64,000 nt of DNA, taken from the NCBI GenBank assembly GCA_965197745.1, contig CBDANS010000006.1, positions 1,440,001-1,504,000 of the forward strand, written 5' to 3'. This DNA is from Opitutales bacterium (GTDB lineage Bacteria; Verrucomicrobiota; Verrucomicrobiia; Opitutales; PNEW01). Position 1 is the stretch's first letter. Every line of letters begins with the position of its first letter. Shown in pieces: positions 9,837 to 20,048 of this stretch. The notes beneath the pieces were generated by a model. That model was not told where the DNA came from. It searched no databases and worked only from the letters and a program-made list of their open reading frames with translations. The translations under genes and the position numbers were made by a program.

Positions 9837-11345
9837 AATAGCAAGTAAAAAGCTCACATTTTATTAAAAAATTCAGGTAATTATACTATAAAACATAATC
9901 TATTGTATTGTGTGTTATTACGTTAACGTACATTAAGAGGAGGGTTTAAAATTTTTGATTATTTGATAAACAGCTACAGAGCTATTTTGTAAAACGTGAT
10001 GCAACAATATCGCTAACCTATTTGTGGCAAAGTGGAACTTAAGGAAAAGTTTATAGCTTATATAGATATTCCAAGTTTTAAGAGTTTGGTAGATGCTGCA
10101 GAAAACGCCAAGAGATGTCCTTGCATGACCAGTTAGAGTTGAAGGAGACTGGGTGACCTGCTCCCATTTACTGGACCAGGCCCAGTGTTGGGACTTGCAG
10201 ATTAGTCCCTCTCAAGACAGTGCCATCGCAATTGGTACCCGGCAGGTCATAGTCACTGCCGTTGCCAGTGTTGAGATCAACAGGGCCCAATTGAACCTTC
10301 TGGATTGATGCTCTGGTAGCTTGAGAGGTTCGCGCTGTAAAGAATTGACCCAGGCTTCCCTGTAACCTCTATTCTTTCATCAAAACGCGTATGCAGTGTT
10401 CTCATGCTGCCGTATTCTCTTAGGAATACCGAAAGACACTGCATCGTCATAGGGCATGCGTAGCGAAGTCTAGAAACAGCAACCAGGACATCATTCGAAC
10501 AATAGATCCACGGTCAGTGTATATTCCATGAATACATTCCGGAGATGTCTTTCCGAGAGAAACTCGTGCGAGAGGAAACAGGGTAACCTCGGAGCTGACC
10601 AATCTCTGCTGGAGTCTGACATACTGCATTAGCGAGGATTACGGGCAGGCAAGCATACTCATTGCTCGCAGTTGTGAGCAGCATCTTCGTTTGAGTACGC
10701 ACAGCTTCATGCTCAGATCCGGGCAACTTGTTCTAATACAAATACCACGCCAGCGACAAAGGAGGAGATTACATTTAAGGTGGGTGGGGAGCCTTCACAA
10801 ATCGAAATACCAGGGTTGCGAGCCGTTTATAAGCGATTTGCTTGGGCTGCTAGCACGCGTTCACTCGCATCTACTGACGAATCTAAATATAGATGCTAAT
10901 ACAGGGAGGGGATAAAATTGTTATTTAAATACGGGAAGGTATTAAATAAGAAGAATCCTCAAACCATCAGTTAAATAACGCATTTTAAACTGTAACCCGA
11001 ACAACTTATCTGAAACCTGAGTTTCTGTGAATCTGCTTCATCGGGAAATCTGGAGATGCCATTACAGGTACCGTTGCGATTAAACTTACCTTTACCGAGC
11101 GTATAAATTTGTTGTTTTTTATCACAAGGGACACTTAATTGATATTATTAAATCCACTCAAAATTCTTGTCCGATTCCTGGCTGAACCTCACCAGAAAAA
11201 TATGATTCCTGCCTATTCCTGCCAGACATTTTGAGGCAACGCCAGGAAATCAAAGGAAACCATAAGTTATTTTTGAATCACTATTTAAGTGTAAATTATT
11301 ATTAATAAACAGTTTCTGTAGCGTTACTATGTCCCGTTCATAGTC

Positions 11346-11647
11346 GGTTTCATCGAGTCGTTTCACAACCGCTTACGCGATGAGTGTTTGAACCGTGAAG
11401 TGTTGCTCAGCGTGGCTGAAGCGCAAGTGCTAATAGAACAATGGCGTCAGACCTATAACAATGAACATCCCCACAGTCGATTAGGCTTTAAAAGCCCACA
11501 AGAGTTTGTCACATTCCTTTCCGCTCTTGGCCGCGTTCGGGCTACGCCCTCACTGCGCCAAGATCTCTCATATACATCAATCCTAAAACCATTAACACCC
11601 GGTAGTTCTCTCACTTAAAATTTGGTACGAAATACGGGGTCCGATCA
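11346..11647 (+). mobile_element. IS3 3' fragment (copy 3) with right IR
   Basis: GFIESFHNRLRDECLNRE...HPHSRLG. About 11442-11541 nearly identical to 3382-3481. Ends TGGTACGAAATACGGGGTCCGATCA. Confidence 0.88.
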
Positions 11648-11803
11648 ATATCGCTCAATTTCACCACGTTGATCCAGTAGACTTTTGAGCGGCGCTTCCA
11701 AAGTGAAATGAAGCAATTCATCTGACTCAAACAGATTCGCATTCGATGATAGCGTTAGTGATGCATATAAAATTGTCGTAAGTAAAATGACTTTTATTTT
11801 CAT
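11648..11803 (-). pseudogene. N-terminal fragment of a secreted protein truncated by the IS3 right end
   Basis: MKIKVILLTTILYASLTLSSNA signal peptide followed by LFESDELLHFTLEAP; stops at the IS boundary. Confidence 0.55.
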
Positions 11804-11991
11804 AGATCTGAAGTGAAGATTAATTAATAACACGGGTTGCACTTATTTGTTTTCTCTAAAATCAATTCTTGAAATCCAATATATCCGATAGGGTGTATGA
11901 AAAACTACAGCAAGTTTTTTCTGCCATTGGGTTCGAATCCAGGTAACAGGTTTACCTTGTGACACTGATGATTGATGAAAGCCTGGTCTCA

Positions 11992-12495
11992 TTAAGTAAT
12001 ATTATGGATTTTTTTTGGATATTCATAAAAATCCACAATACCTATACCTTCTGATACTTCTTCCCAATTAAGTATTTCAAAGCTTACGCTGACAACGCCG
12101 CATGTGGGTATATTTTCAATAGGATGATGAGTGAGAAACAGGGTCAGTTGTGTAATTGCGGGGTTATGCCCAATGAGTATAACGGTTTCGTATCTATTCT
12201 CAATCTGCTGTATTATGGTGATAAGGGTTACATGACCGGCCCCATATATTTCTTCGCGATCAATGATTTTATTAATCGGAAAACCGAGTTTCCGAGAAAT
12301 GATGTTGGCTGTTTTAATGGCCCTCCGGGCCGGGCTGGAAAGGATAAGATCAGGCTTAATCGCTTGCTGCTTCAAATGTTCACCCATCAGGGGGGCGTCT
12401 CGTTTCCCGCGTTTATTTAACGGTCTGTCATAATCGGCTAATGCATGATTTTTCCAGCTCGATTTAGCATGTCTGATTAATATTAAATTTTTCAT
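11992..12495 (-). CDS. sixA: SixA-type histidine phosphatase
   Basis: LIRHAKSSW, DRPLNKRG, SSPARRA, IGHNP; start reassigned to MKNL at 12495. Confidence 0.85.
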   Translation of the reverse strand: MKNLILIRHAKSSWKNHALADYDRPLNKRGKRDAPLMGEHLKQQAIKPDLILSSPARRAIKTANIISRKLGFPINKIIDREEIYGAGHVTLITIIQQIENRYETVILIGHNPAITQLTLFLTHHPIENIPTCGVVSVSFEILNWEEVSEGIGIVDFYEYPKKIHNIT

Positions 12496-12605
12496 ACAAT
12501 CCATACATAAGAAGCCACTAATATAGTGTATGTTAATGTGAAAGCGATGGTGGAAAGTCAATTTCGCTCACGGATTAACCAGGTAATGATATATTCCAGG
12601 ATACT

Positions 12606-12957
12606 GAAGCACCAAATAAAAAAGACAAAAAACAAATAAATTCCAGAAAATGAATTTTCAATCAACCAAACATTTAATTGTTTTCGTTTTTGAATTTTAG
12701 AAATTGAAAATTGGATGTTATTTGGGATTTGTGTATTGCGATTTGATAATTTAATGACTACCCCCCTCGACCCACGACACTCTCTCTTTGAAGCACCAAA
12801 TAACAAATGACAAAACACAAATAAATTCCAATATTGAAAATTCAAAATCTCAAATCTGAGTAAAGGTTATCCAGTTCTCAAAACAAATAAAGTATACCTT
12901 TTGGTAATTTAAAAATTGAAAACTGAATATTTTTTGAAATTTGTGTTTTGATCATTT
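12606..12957. repeat. Two tandem degenerate AT-rich MITE-like units
   Basis: GAAGCACCAAATAAnAAAnGACAAAAnACAAATAAATTCCA at about 12606 and 12790, each followed by complementary TTTGnnATTTGTGTnTTG tracts (about 12721 and 12933). Confidence 0.55.
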
Positions 12958-13058
12958 TCGAGCAGCCCGCTCCACCTATCTGCTTAACACTGCTACTGCT
13001 TTCCACCGTTTACAGATTACTGACTACTGATCTTAGCTCCTGGGAACGTTATAATAGT

Positions 13059-14096
13059 TCATTCAATCATATCCACTTTTTTTATTGTGGATAATTCTTT
13101 TTTTTGACCATTACGAAGGACGGTTACGAATATTTCCCCCCCCGCTTCCAAAGTGTTTAATTTTTCGACAATCGCGGTCATATTTATTTCGTCGACCTTT
13201 AAACCCATTACTTCAAGAACAATATCACCGCCGATAAGTAATTCCTCTCCATCAATAATTGAGCGCAGGGTACCGGGGCGTAATCCCATTCGCGACGCAG
13301 GGGAATCGTCGGCAACCCGCTGAATGAGCAGTGCTTTGGACTGAGGAACATTCAGGGCTTGGGCGAGCTCACCTTGCAGCCGATATGATTCAGCCCCACT
13401 CCAGAATGATTTACTTTTTAATAATAGATCCGAAACTAAGTTCAAAGTAACAGCAAAACCAATACCCTCAAAACCACCCGAATTGGACAGTAAATAACTA
13501 ACGATACCGATTACTTCACCTTGTGTGTTAAACATGGGTCCTCCAGAATTTCCCATATTGACCGCAGCGTCAGTTTGTAAATATTCCAGGTCCACCATAT
13601 AGCCAGATATTCGATTGGGAATGCGCCGAGCACTGATATGACCAACCGTCAAGGTGTGGGTAGCTCCGTAGGGTGCGCCTACAATAAATATTTCCTCCCC
13701 TATATTCACTTCATCTGAATCGCCCAATTCAGCTACAGAAGGCACACGTGGAAGATATTCCATTTGCAAGAGAGCAACATCGGCTTGGGTATTTGAAGAT
13801 ACAACGTAAGCAGGACTTTTTTGACCATTAAGCAATTCAATAGTAATCTCATTAGCGGTTTGAACCACATGAGAAGCAGTTACAACCTTCCCGTCACCGG
13901 AAATTATTACACCAGAGCCCATTCCCTTATAGGTAGCCATGAGGCGTTCCCTGGTTGGTGTGGATTTTTTCTCGTTAGTTTTGATTACGACGACGTTGTG
14001 CTTAATTTCATGAAAAATTTCATGAATTTCTTTTGCCGATAAAGTTAATGAGCTTAAGGTTATAAATAGTGCTAACCCTGAATATAATTTAAACAT
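13059..14096 (-). CDS. HtrA/DegP-like trypsin serine protease with one PDZ domain
   Basis: GSGVII, TASHVV, DVALL, QTDAAVNMGNSGGP; C-terminal PDZ; signal peptide. Confidence 0.92.
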   Translation of the reverse strand: MFKLYSGLALFITLSSLTLSAKEIHEIFHEIKHNVVVIKTNEKKSTPTRERLMATYKGMGSGVIISGDGKVVTASHVVQTANEITIELLNGQKSPAYVVSSNTQADVALLQMEYLPRVPSVAELGDSDEVNIGEEIFIVGAPYGATHTLTVGHISARRIPNRISGYMVDLEYLQTDAAVNMGNSGGPMFNTQGEVIGIVSYLLSNSGGFEGIGFAVTLNLVSDLLLKSKSFWSGAESYRLQGELAQALNVPQSKALLIQRVADDSPASRMGLRPGTLRSIIDGEELLIGGDIVLEVMGLKVDEINMTAIVEKLNTLEAGGEIFVTVLRNGQKKELSTIKKVDMIE

Positions 14097-14424
14097 AACT
14101 TTGAAATTTGCTGTGATTTTTTCTCATTGTAACTGTTCGAGTGACATAGTAAGCACAAAATACTTTATTTCAATAGACTTGATAATTATAAGCCCTGTTA
14201 ATCGTATGCAAGAATGCTTTGGAATGATTTCACGTGACTATAATAAATGAAAATTCTTCAGGGTATAAAACTATTCATTAATATTATACCTTCTAGCATT
14301 GCTTTCTTTATAGATCAAGTAGTGATCAGTGGAAGAGGATTCTGCGTTCAGGGTTCAGGGAAAATGCCGATAGTTAGATGTGATAGTAAACAGTAAATAA
14401 GGGATCGTGTGTCGAAGAAAAGAG

Positions 14425-14772
14425 ATGAATGCATATAAGCGCTTTGAAGATTTGAGCGTTTACCAGAAACTTTGCCAACTGCATATAAGGGTCTGTGATC
14501 TAACTCACATGTGGCCCGCTGAGGAGAAGTATGAACTTGGATCCCAAGCGAGACTCTCTTCAAACAGTGTAGCTGCTCAAATGGCTGAGAAATATGACGA
14601 TCGGCATATTAGAAATAAGATCGAGGGAGTAAATAGAAGTCGAGGCGAAGCGGCCGAAACTGTGCACTACTTATATATGGCCCACCTGAAAGAATATGAA
14701 AGTAGAGTTACATATGAAGATTATAGCCAACGCTATCATGAATGCATCCGGATGTTGAATGGATTGGAATGA
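14425..14772 (+). CDS. Four-helix-bundle protein (23S rRNA-IVP/Avd-like), possibly with premature TGA
   Basis: FEDLSVYQ...PAEEKYELGSQ...SSNSVAAQMAE...SRGEAAET...RMLNGL; the frame continues as TLEKQLP after the stop. Confidence 0.85.
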   Translation: MNAYKRFEDLSVYQKLCQLHIRVCDLTHMWPAEEKYELGSQARLSSNSVAAQMAEKYDDRHIRNKIEGVNRSRGEAAETVHYLYMAHLKEYESRVTYEDYSQRYHECIRMLNGLE

Positions 14773-15069
14773 ACTTTGGAGAAGCAATTACCCGAACAAG
14801 ATCATCGCTGGCCGGAAGTCGCGCGAGGAGACGAAGAACGGTACGACGGCTTCCCTGAACCCCGAACCCTCTTCTCCCGAACCCCGCCTATCCTGAGCGT
14901 AGGCGAAGGGAACCCCACCTGCCCTGAGCTTGATGAAATCCCTGAGCCAAGTTGAAGGTTAAACAGGTTGTCTGTAGAAGCTTGGAAGAACAGAATACTG
15001 GAAAAATGGATGGTTGGGATTTCCTTTCGGCATTTATTATTGACCCATATTTTATGATAATCTACCTAA

Positions 15070-15612
15070 ATGGGAAAAACTGAAATAAAATTAATGATGA
15101 AAAACAGAATTGTCTTTATTGGTCTAATTACAGCCATTTTTACCCTTAATTGTGAAGCGCAGGTTAGTAAATTTAATTATAAACTCGGTACGGATTTTTC
15201 CGCTTACAAGACATACGCATGGCACCCTAAAATGGATGGTGTTTTCGATGGAACCGTGGACACGGATTTTCGTGATCCGGAAAATATTCAGCGTGTTAAA
15301 AAGGCGGTAGAAAAAGAATTGGTGAAAAAAAATTGCCAGCAAGTCGATCGTAATGAAGCTGATCTCCACATTGCCTATAGCGGAAATCTGGAAAAAATAG
15401 TTACCTGGGGTCGTAAAGATGATAGAATCTATCTTTTCGAGGATACCCAAAACGCTAAAGGCACACTTTTTGTCGATATTATTGACGCAAATCATGACGA
15501 ACTATTATGGCGTGGCTGGATAACCGATACCGTTGGTCTAGAGGTTAAAAAAAAGAAAATTATAAAGACGGTATCTAAAATTCTGAAGAATTACCCCCCG
15601 AAGGTGAAGTGA
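15070..15612 (+). CDS. DUF4136-like exported protein
   Basis: TDFSAYKTYAW and GTLFVDIIDANHDELLWRG, ending ILKNYPP. Confidence 0.8.
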   Translation: MGKTEIKLMMKNRIVFIGLITAIFTLNCEAQVSKFNYKLGTDFSAYKTYAWHPKMDGVFDGTVDTDFRDPENIQRVKKAVEKELVKKNCQQVDRNEADLHIAYSGNLEKIVTWGRKDDRIYLFEDTQNAKGTLFVDIIDANHDELLWRGWITDTVGLEVKKKKIIKTVSKILKNYPPKVK

Positions 15613-15776
15613 ACCCTTCGTCTCCTCCCAGGGGAGGCAGTGAGAGTGGTTTCAGGGTTAAGGGTTCAGGTATCAGTGAACGGTGAACAGTGGATTGTGA
15701 AAAAAATCGGGGTTCACTGTTAAGTGTCGGTAGGAGTTGACGATATCTAAAAGTGAACAGTTAGAGGAGAAAACAG

Positions 15777-16208
15777 ATTGTAGAGAGAAATCCACACGCT
15801 GCTAATTTCAGAGAACTGATAGTTTATCAGAAGGCAAAAGTTGTATCTGAGGAGATCTTCATCATCTCAAAACAATTTCCTAAGGAAGAAACCTATTCTC
15901 TTACGAACCAGGTGCGACGGTCATCCAGATCGATTGGTGCCCAGATTGCGGAGGCATGGGGAAAACGACGCTACGAAAAACACTTTGTAAGCAAAATTAC
16001 AGATGCAGATGCCGAACAATATGAAACGCAGCACTGGATCGAGATGGCAGTAAATTGTGGGTATTTACGCGAAGATAATGCGAACGAGTTATGTGACAAG
16101 CTATCCAAAATAGGACGCATGCTAAATAGCATGATAGTTAAATCCGCATCCTTCTGTGATAAGATCCCAATTGTTATCAGAGAAGATGCCACTGAATTTT
16201 TCACATAA
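15777..16208 (+). CDS. Four-helix-bundle protein with apparent ATT start
   Basis: The frame extends upstream of the tracked GTG as NFRELIVYQKA...FPKEETYSLTNQVRRSSRSIGAQIAEAWGKRRY. ATT at 15777 lies 7 nt after GAGGAG; in-frame TAG at 15762. Confidence 0.85.
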   Translation: MVERNPHAANFRELIVYQKAKVVSEEIFIISKQFPKEETYSLTNQVRRSSRSIGAQIAEAWGKRRYEKHFVSKITDADAEQYETQHWIEMAVNCGYLREDNANELCDKLSKIGRMLNSMIVKSASFCDKIPIVIREDATEFFT

Positions 16209-16314
16209 TAAAGAGATATCTATTTATCTACTGTTCACCGTTTACTGTTCACCGTTCACTTTCCACCGCCCCGCCTGCCCTGGGCTAAGTCGAAGGAGCT
16301 CCCGACAACCTTCC

Positions 16315-17058
16315 TCACTTATTAATCCGGGCTTTACCAATAAACTTTTTAATACCTTTAACCGAACCTTTAGCAGCATTGCCAACTTTATCAGTTACAT
16401 CAAAACCTACTCCCACCGCCAACCCTGGCACATCTCGCACCTTGAGTTCGACATTAATAGTTACCTTACTTAGTATTTCTTTTACCAGCTCATCAGAAGT
16501 AATTCCTCCCGATTCCTTCCCCATATCGTGGAATTCAATTCTCGGGACGGGAATGGTCATGTTTCTTGTTGGCATAATAATTTCGACACTGCCTCCCTCC
16601 AAAATGAATTCTGTGATTTCAAATCTTACCAACTCCTCCTTATTATTTTCGCGCCGCTTTACCACTTCATTTACATTATTACGCAATTGGGTGAGGTTAT
16701 TTCCCTTGGATGAATTTTCCAAAACGATTTGGGGTTCGCTGATGTATATTCTTTCGATGAGAAAGCGTTCAGAGAACAGAGAAAGCAGTTCTATATCGAC
16801 TTCAACTTCTCCCAGGTAGAAAGCTTTATCGGATTTAAAACCTTTGGGGTTGCCAATAAAAAAGCCTTTCAATGCCCCGTGCCCATCAAGAGGGGAAATA
16901 TTGACTTCATCTAATCGAATTTCTGTCCGGGTTAGTGTTGACCCGATCGTTTCGACCCCGGCATGAATAACCTTGTCCATCGTAAACGCCAGGACAAATA
17001 AAAGCGTCACAATGAGGGCGAGGATGGTAACCAATCCAATTTTAATTAGCCGTACCAT
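16315..17058 (-). CDS. AsmA/DUF748-like membrane-anchored protein
   Basis: N-terminal TM helix; IGNPKGFKSDKAFYLGEVEVDI and GNNLTQL pattern. Confidence 0.65.
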   Translation of the reverse strand: MVRLIKIGLVTILALIVTLLFVLAFTMDKVIHAGVETIGSTLTRTEIRLDEVNISPLDGHGALKGFFIGNPKGFKSDKAFYLGEVEVDIELLSLFSERFLIERIYISEPQIVLENSSKGNNLTQLRNNVNEVVKRRENNKEELVRFEITEFILEGGSVEIIMPTRNMTIPVPRIEFHDMGKESGGITSDELVKEILSKVTINVELKVRDVPGLAVGVGFDVTDKVGNAAKGSVKGIKKFIGKARINK

Positions 17059-17150
17059 TGTTTATCAGTAATCTGTAGATGCCGAGAGTTAAATGATTCT
17101 CATTTATTTAGCGTACTCTTTCAATCTTCTAATTATCCACTTTTCGCAAA

Positions 17151-17852
17151 TCACAGCTTTTCCCCGCTCCCGTATAGAAAATGCGTATCCGTTCTTTTTA
17201 CTGATATCTGCCAACCGATTTCTTTGAGACGAGCGGTAAGTTCTTCGGGTTGGAAGAAGATCTTGATAATCTGGAATTCACGACCGTTATTGAGGTAACG
17301 AACAGATATATTATCGTCCTTCTGATTCAGGCTGTGGTTTTTTGCCCCTGCTGTCGGTGCCCCTAAAGTGTCAGCAAAAAAAACGCGTCCACCCGGTTTG
17401 AGTGATGATCGCACCACGTCCCAGAATTCAGAGAAACGTCCCGGGGGGACATGTGATAACCAAAAACTGAAAAATATTGCATCGTAAAGTTTGTCTGGTC
17501 GCCACTGGAATATATCTGAAATAACGTAATTAACTTTTTTACTTTGTACTTTATTGCGATTTAATGTTACTACTTCTTCAGACGAATCGACGGCAGTGAT
17601 ATTATCAGCAAAAATAACAAGAAGTTCCGTCCCCCAGCCGGTGCCGCAAGCAAATTCCAGGACATTTCCGATAGGATTAAAAAGTCTGATTTGCTCACGC
17701 ACTTCATCTAATTCTGAGAAAAATTTTTGATTTGAATCCGGTCCGCGATCGTACCGTCCTTTTCGAAGAAGCCAATCGTCGTACTCCCCGGCACGTGCCT
17801 GGTAGTAGGTGATCTGTTCTTCAAATATCTCCTTGTCGTCTGCAGTTGGCAT
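17151..17852 (-). CDS. Class I SAM-dependent methyltransferase
   Basis: VLEFACGTG, AVDSS, FFSFWLSHVP, LKPGG. Confidence 0.9.
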   Translation of the reverse strand: MPTADDKEIFEEQITYYQARAGEYDDWLLRKGRYDRGPDSNQKFFSELDEVREQIRLFNPIGNVLEFACGTGWGTELLVIFADNITAVDSSEEVVTLNRNKVQSKKVNYVISDIFQWRPDKLYDAIFFSFWLSHVPPGRFSEFWDVVRSSLKPGGRVFFADTLGAPTAGAKNHSLNQKDDNISVRYLNNGREFQIIKIFFQPEELTARLKEIGWQISVKRTDTHFLYGSGEKL

Positions 17853-17884
17853 CTGAACAGGTCTCGTTTCCCTTCCCAGGAAGA

Positions 17885-18484
17885 TTACAGGTTTTCCAGT
17901 TCAATTTCCCCCGATATGATTTTCCCTACGGTTTCAACAAGAAAACGATGCTCTCTATCGAGAACGCGCTTTGACAATGAATCAACGGTGTCGTCATCTG
18001 TTACGGGGATAGTGGTCTGGGCGATGATCGGTCCGGTGTCATATTCTTCGTCAATAATATGAATAGTAACGCCGGTCTCCTTTTCCCCGGCTTTCAAGAC
18101 CGCTTCGTGAACGCGGGAACCGTACATCCCCTTGCCGCCATACTTGGGGAGCAAGGCCGGGTGAATATTTATTATTCTCCCTTTGTAATCTTTAAGGATT
18201 TTCTCTCCTATTTTTTTCATATACCCGGCGAGTATAATGAGCTGGACTTCATGCTGTCGCAGAGCGTTGAGCATTGCGTTATCGAGAGTTTCAGGTGAGG
18301 CATGGGTCCTGGCATTGAGGACGGAGTAGGGGATTTGCTCTTTCTTTGCCCGCGCGACTGCACCGGAATCGCCGTTGTTACTGATAACAAGAGCGGGATT
18401 TGCTTTAATCTCACCTGACCTGCAGGCATCAATTATCGCCTGCATGTTACTGCCATTGTGTGATGCAAAAAAACCGAGATTCAT
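17885..18484 (-). CDS. purN: Phosphoribosylglycinamide formyltransferase
   Basis: ASHNGSNMQAI, LAGYMK, INIHPALLP, GVTIH, YDTGPII; start reassigned to 18484. Confidence 0.95.
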   Translation of the reverse strand: MNLGFFASHNGSNMQAIIDACRSGEIKANPALVISNNGDSGAVARAKKEQIPYSVLNARTHASPETLDNAMLNALRQHEVQLIILAGYMKKIGEKILKDYKGRIINIHPALLPKYGGKGMYGSRVHEAVLKAGEKETGVTIHIIDEEYDTGPIIAQTTIPVTDDDTVDSLSKRVLDREHRFLVETVGKIISGEIELENL

Positions 18485-18747
18485 GAGGTTTATTATCCCT
18501 GTATTAGTTGTATTACCGCTCAAGGTCCAGCATTGATCAACCTGATGGATGGTGGAATACAGTTTTCCCTGCGTGTTTGAATGAACCTTTATTGGAGAAG
18601 CGTGCTGGGGATCAAGCAATAATTTAAGTCTGCGTTTGCCACGTCGTCTTCGTCCTACCCAAAAATTCGTTGCGGCCATGATCAACCGTCGTCCCGTCCC
18701 GCAATGGCGGGAGGACTATGTCGGACAAACAGCCCACTCCATTTGCT

Positions 18748-19776
18748 TTACTGCATCTGCTTTGGCAGCCACTCGAACCACCTGGCATGCCCGTGTACAT
18801 TAGCGATGGGTTCATCAAATTTTTCTCCCTGATGATAATAAGTTAAATGTAAATGGGGCATTATATTATTATGGAGATGATAAATGTCTCTCTGAGTACT
18901 GTGTTCTGTAATTAAATCAAATAGCTTTTCCTTTGTCTCCCGTGAAAATTGATTCGCTACATGGGTATGATAAATACAGAGAGCCGTATTTTCCGGGACT
19001 TCGTTTATTATTTCTGAAAGCCGTTCAACAGCGTCACCGGTGAATAATCGGGGTGGGTGTTCAGTGACAATTGCTTTCGCGGCCGCCAACAGCCTTACGC
19101 GCTCTTTTTCCTCCGGCCAGATTAACGCTCTTAACCACAAGTACTGATCATCATCGTTTAAGTTGATAACATTCAGATCAACACCAAAACGCGAAACCAC
19201 AGGAGGGGTCTGTTGGAGGAAATCCGGTTTATTTTCTCCACGAACGGTTGAAGTGATTTTAACCGTGGATACCTTGTTTCCATATATTTTACCGTCACCA
19301 TAGGAGTAAGCATAATAGTCCCATAACAAATTTAATCCCGCGCTGGGGCCGATTTCAATAAGGGAGAGCGGGGTTTCCTGCGCGTGTTTATAGATGCGGC
19401 AAAATGAAGGGAATAAGTAAGCGCATCTTTTAATCACGTTGGTTTGAACAAGCCGGGTTTTGAGAAGCTCTGTCATCTCATCGAGATGCTCCCGGCAGAA
19501 GGCAAGAAAGTGGGGATAACAGTCTTCCCGAGGTTCTGTTGCTTCCGTCATACTGGGATAATAGGCGGCTAACGCAGAGGAGGGTGATTGCAAAAGCAAG
19601 TAGTGAACTGCGGCAAACAATATATTGGGGACAGGTTGCCCCTTTTGCGCATTCGATGCCAATGCTAGCATTTCGGGGTCCTCCGCAATTGCCAGTGACA
19701 ATTGTTCATATAACGGTGAAGCGTCCCGTGTTTCACTTTCAGCAAAGGCTCGAAATCTATCTGCGATATTTTTCAA
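18748..19776 (-). CDS. DUF2332-family protein
   Basis: SPLYEQL, LFAAVHYLL, VQTN, EIGPSAGLNLLWD, WLRALIWPE, HGHARW. Confidence 0.85.
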   Translation of the reverse strand: MKNIADRFRAFAESETRDASPLYEQLSLAIAEDPEMLALASNAQKGQPVPNILFAAVHYLLLQSPSSALAAYYPSMTEATEPREDCYPHFLAFCREHLDEMTELLKTRLVQTNVIKRCAYLFPSFCRIYKHAQETPLSLIEIGPSAGLNLLWDYYAYSYGDGKIYGNKVSTVKITSTVRGENKPDFLQQTPPVVSRFGVDLNVINLNDDDQYLWLRALIWPEEKERVRLLAAAKAIVTEHPPRLFTGDAVERLSEIINEVPENTALCIYHTHVANQFSRETKEKLFDLITEHSTQRDIYHLHNNIMPHLHLTYYHQGEKFDEPIANVHGHARWFEWLPKQMQ

Positions 19777-19852
19777 AACGGAATTGAATTAAGGTGAGTG
19801 GGTTTTATTTATAGTAGTGGCCGCGAATTGTATGTTTGTTAATCAGGGATAA

Positions 19853-19933
19853 AGAAGCGTGCTGGGGACAGCCCTCTCCACCATTTATTATTTTTTGCAA
19901 TGTATAGGTGGAACTCGGTGTCCCTACCGCGTT
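19853..19933. repeat. Pair of REP-like elements (GGTGGA...CTGTCCC family)
   Basis: AGCGTGCTGGGGACAGCCCTCTCCACC and opposite-orientation GGTGGAACTCGGTGTCCCTACCGCGTT. Relatives at 12961, 18596, 29093, 29145 and 60925. Confidence 0.7.
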
Positions 19934-20048
19934 ATCGGGTAATTTATATCTAAAAAATCATTGCGCGATTATACCAGCCGTCATCCGAATTAATTCGTTA
20001 CGGCATGACAGTCATCGCGTGGTCCTCCAATTACCAGTCTTGCCAGGC

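Noticed and set aside
11929..11941. GGGTTCGAATCC T-loop-like motif
   Set aside because: No acceptor stem, CCA or cloverleaf around it.
12558..12845. 95-aa hydrophobic ORF
   Set aside because: Coincides with the AT-rich repeat units; probably spurious.
14770..14772. TGA recoding (alternative genetic code)
   Set aside because: TGA terminates many intact genes here and Trp is encoded by TGG throughout.
14407..16208. Diversity-generating retroelement suggested by Avd-like four-helix-bundle genes
   Set aside because: No reverse transcriptase and no TR/VR pair with adenine-specific mismatches seen. PhyH paralog differences are not A-restricted.
18485..18685. N-terminal extension of PurN in the ORF track
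   Set aside because: Runs through intergenic REP-containing DNA; PurN homology begins at 18484.
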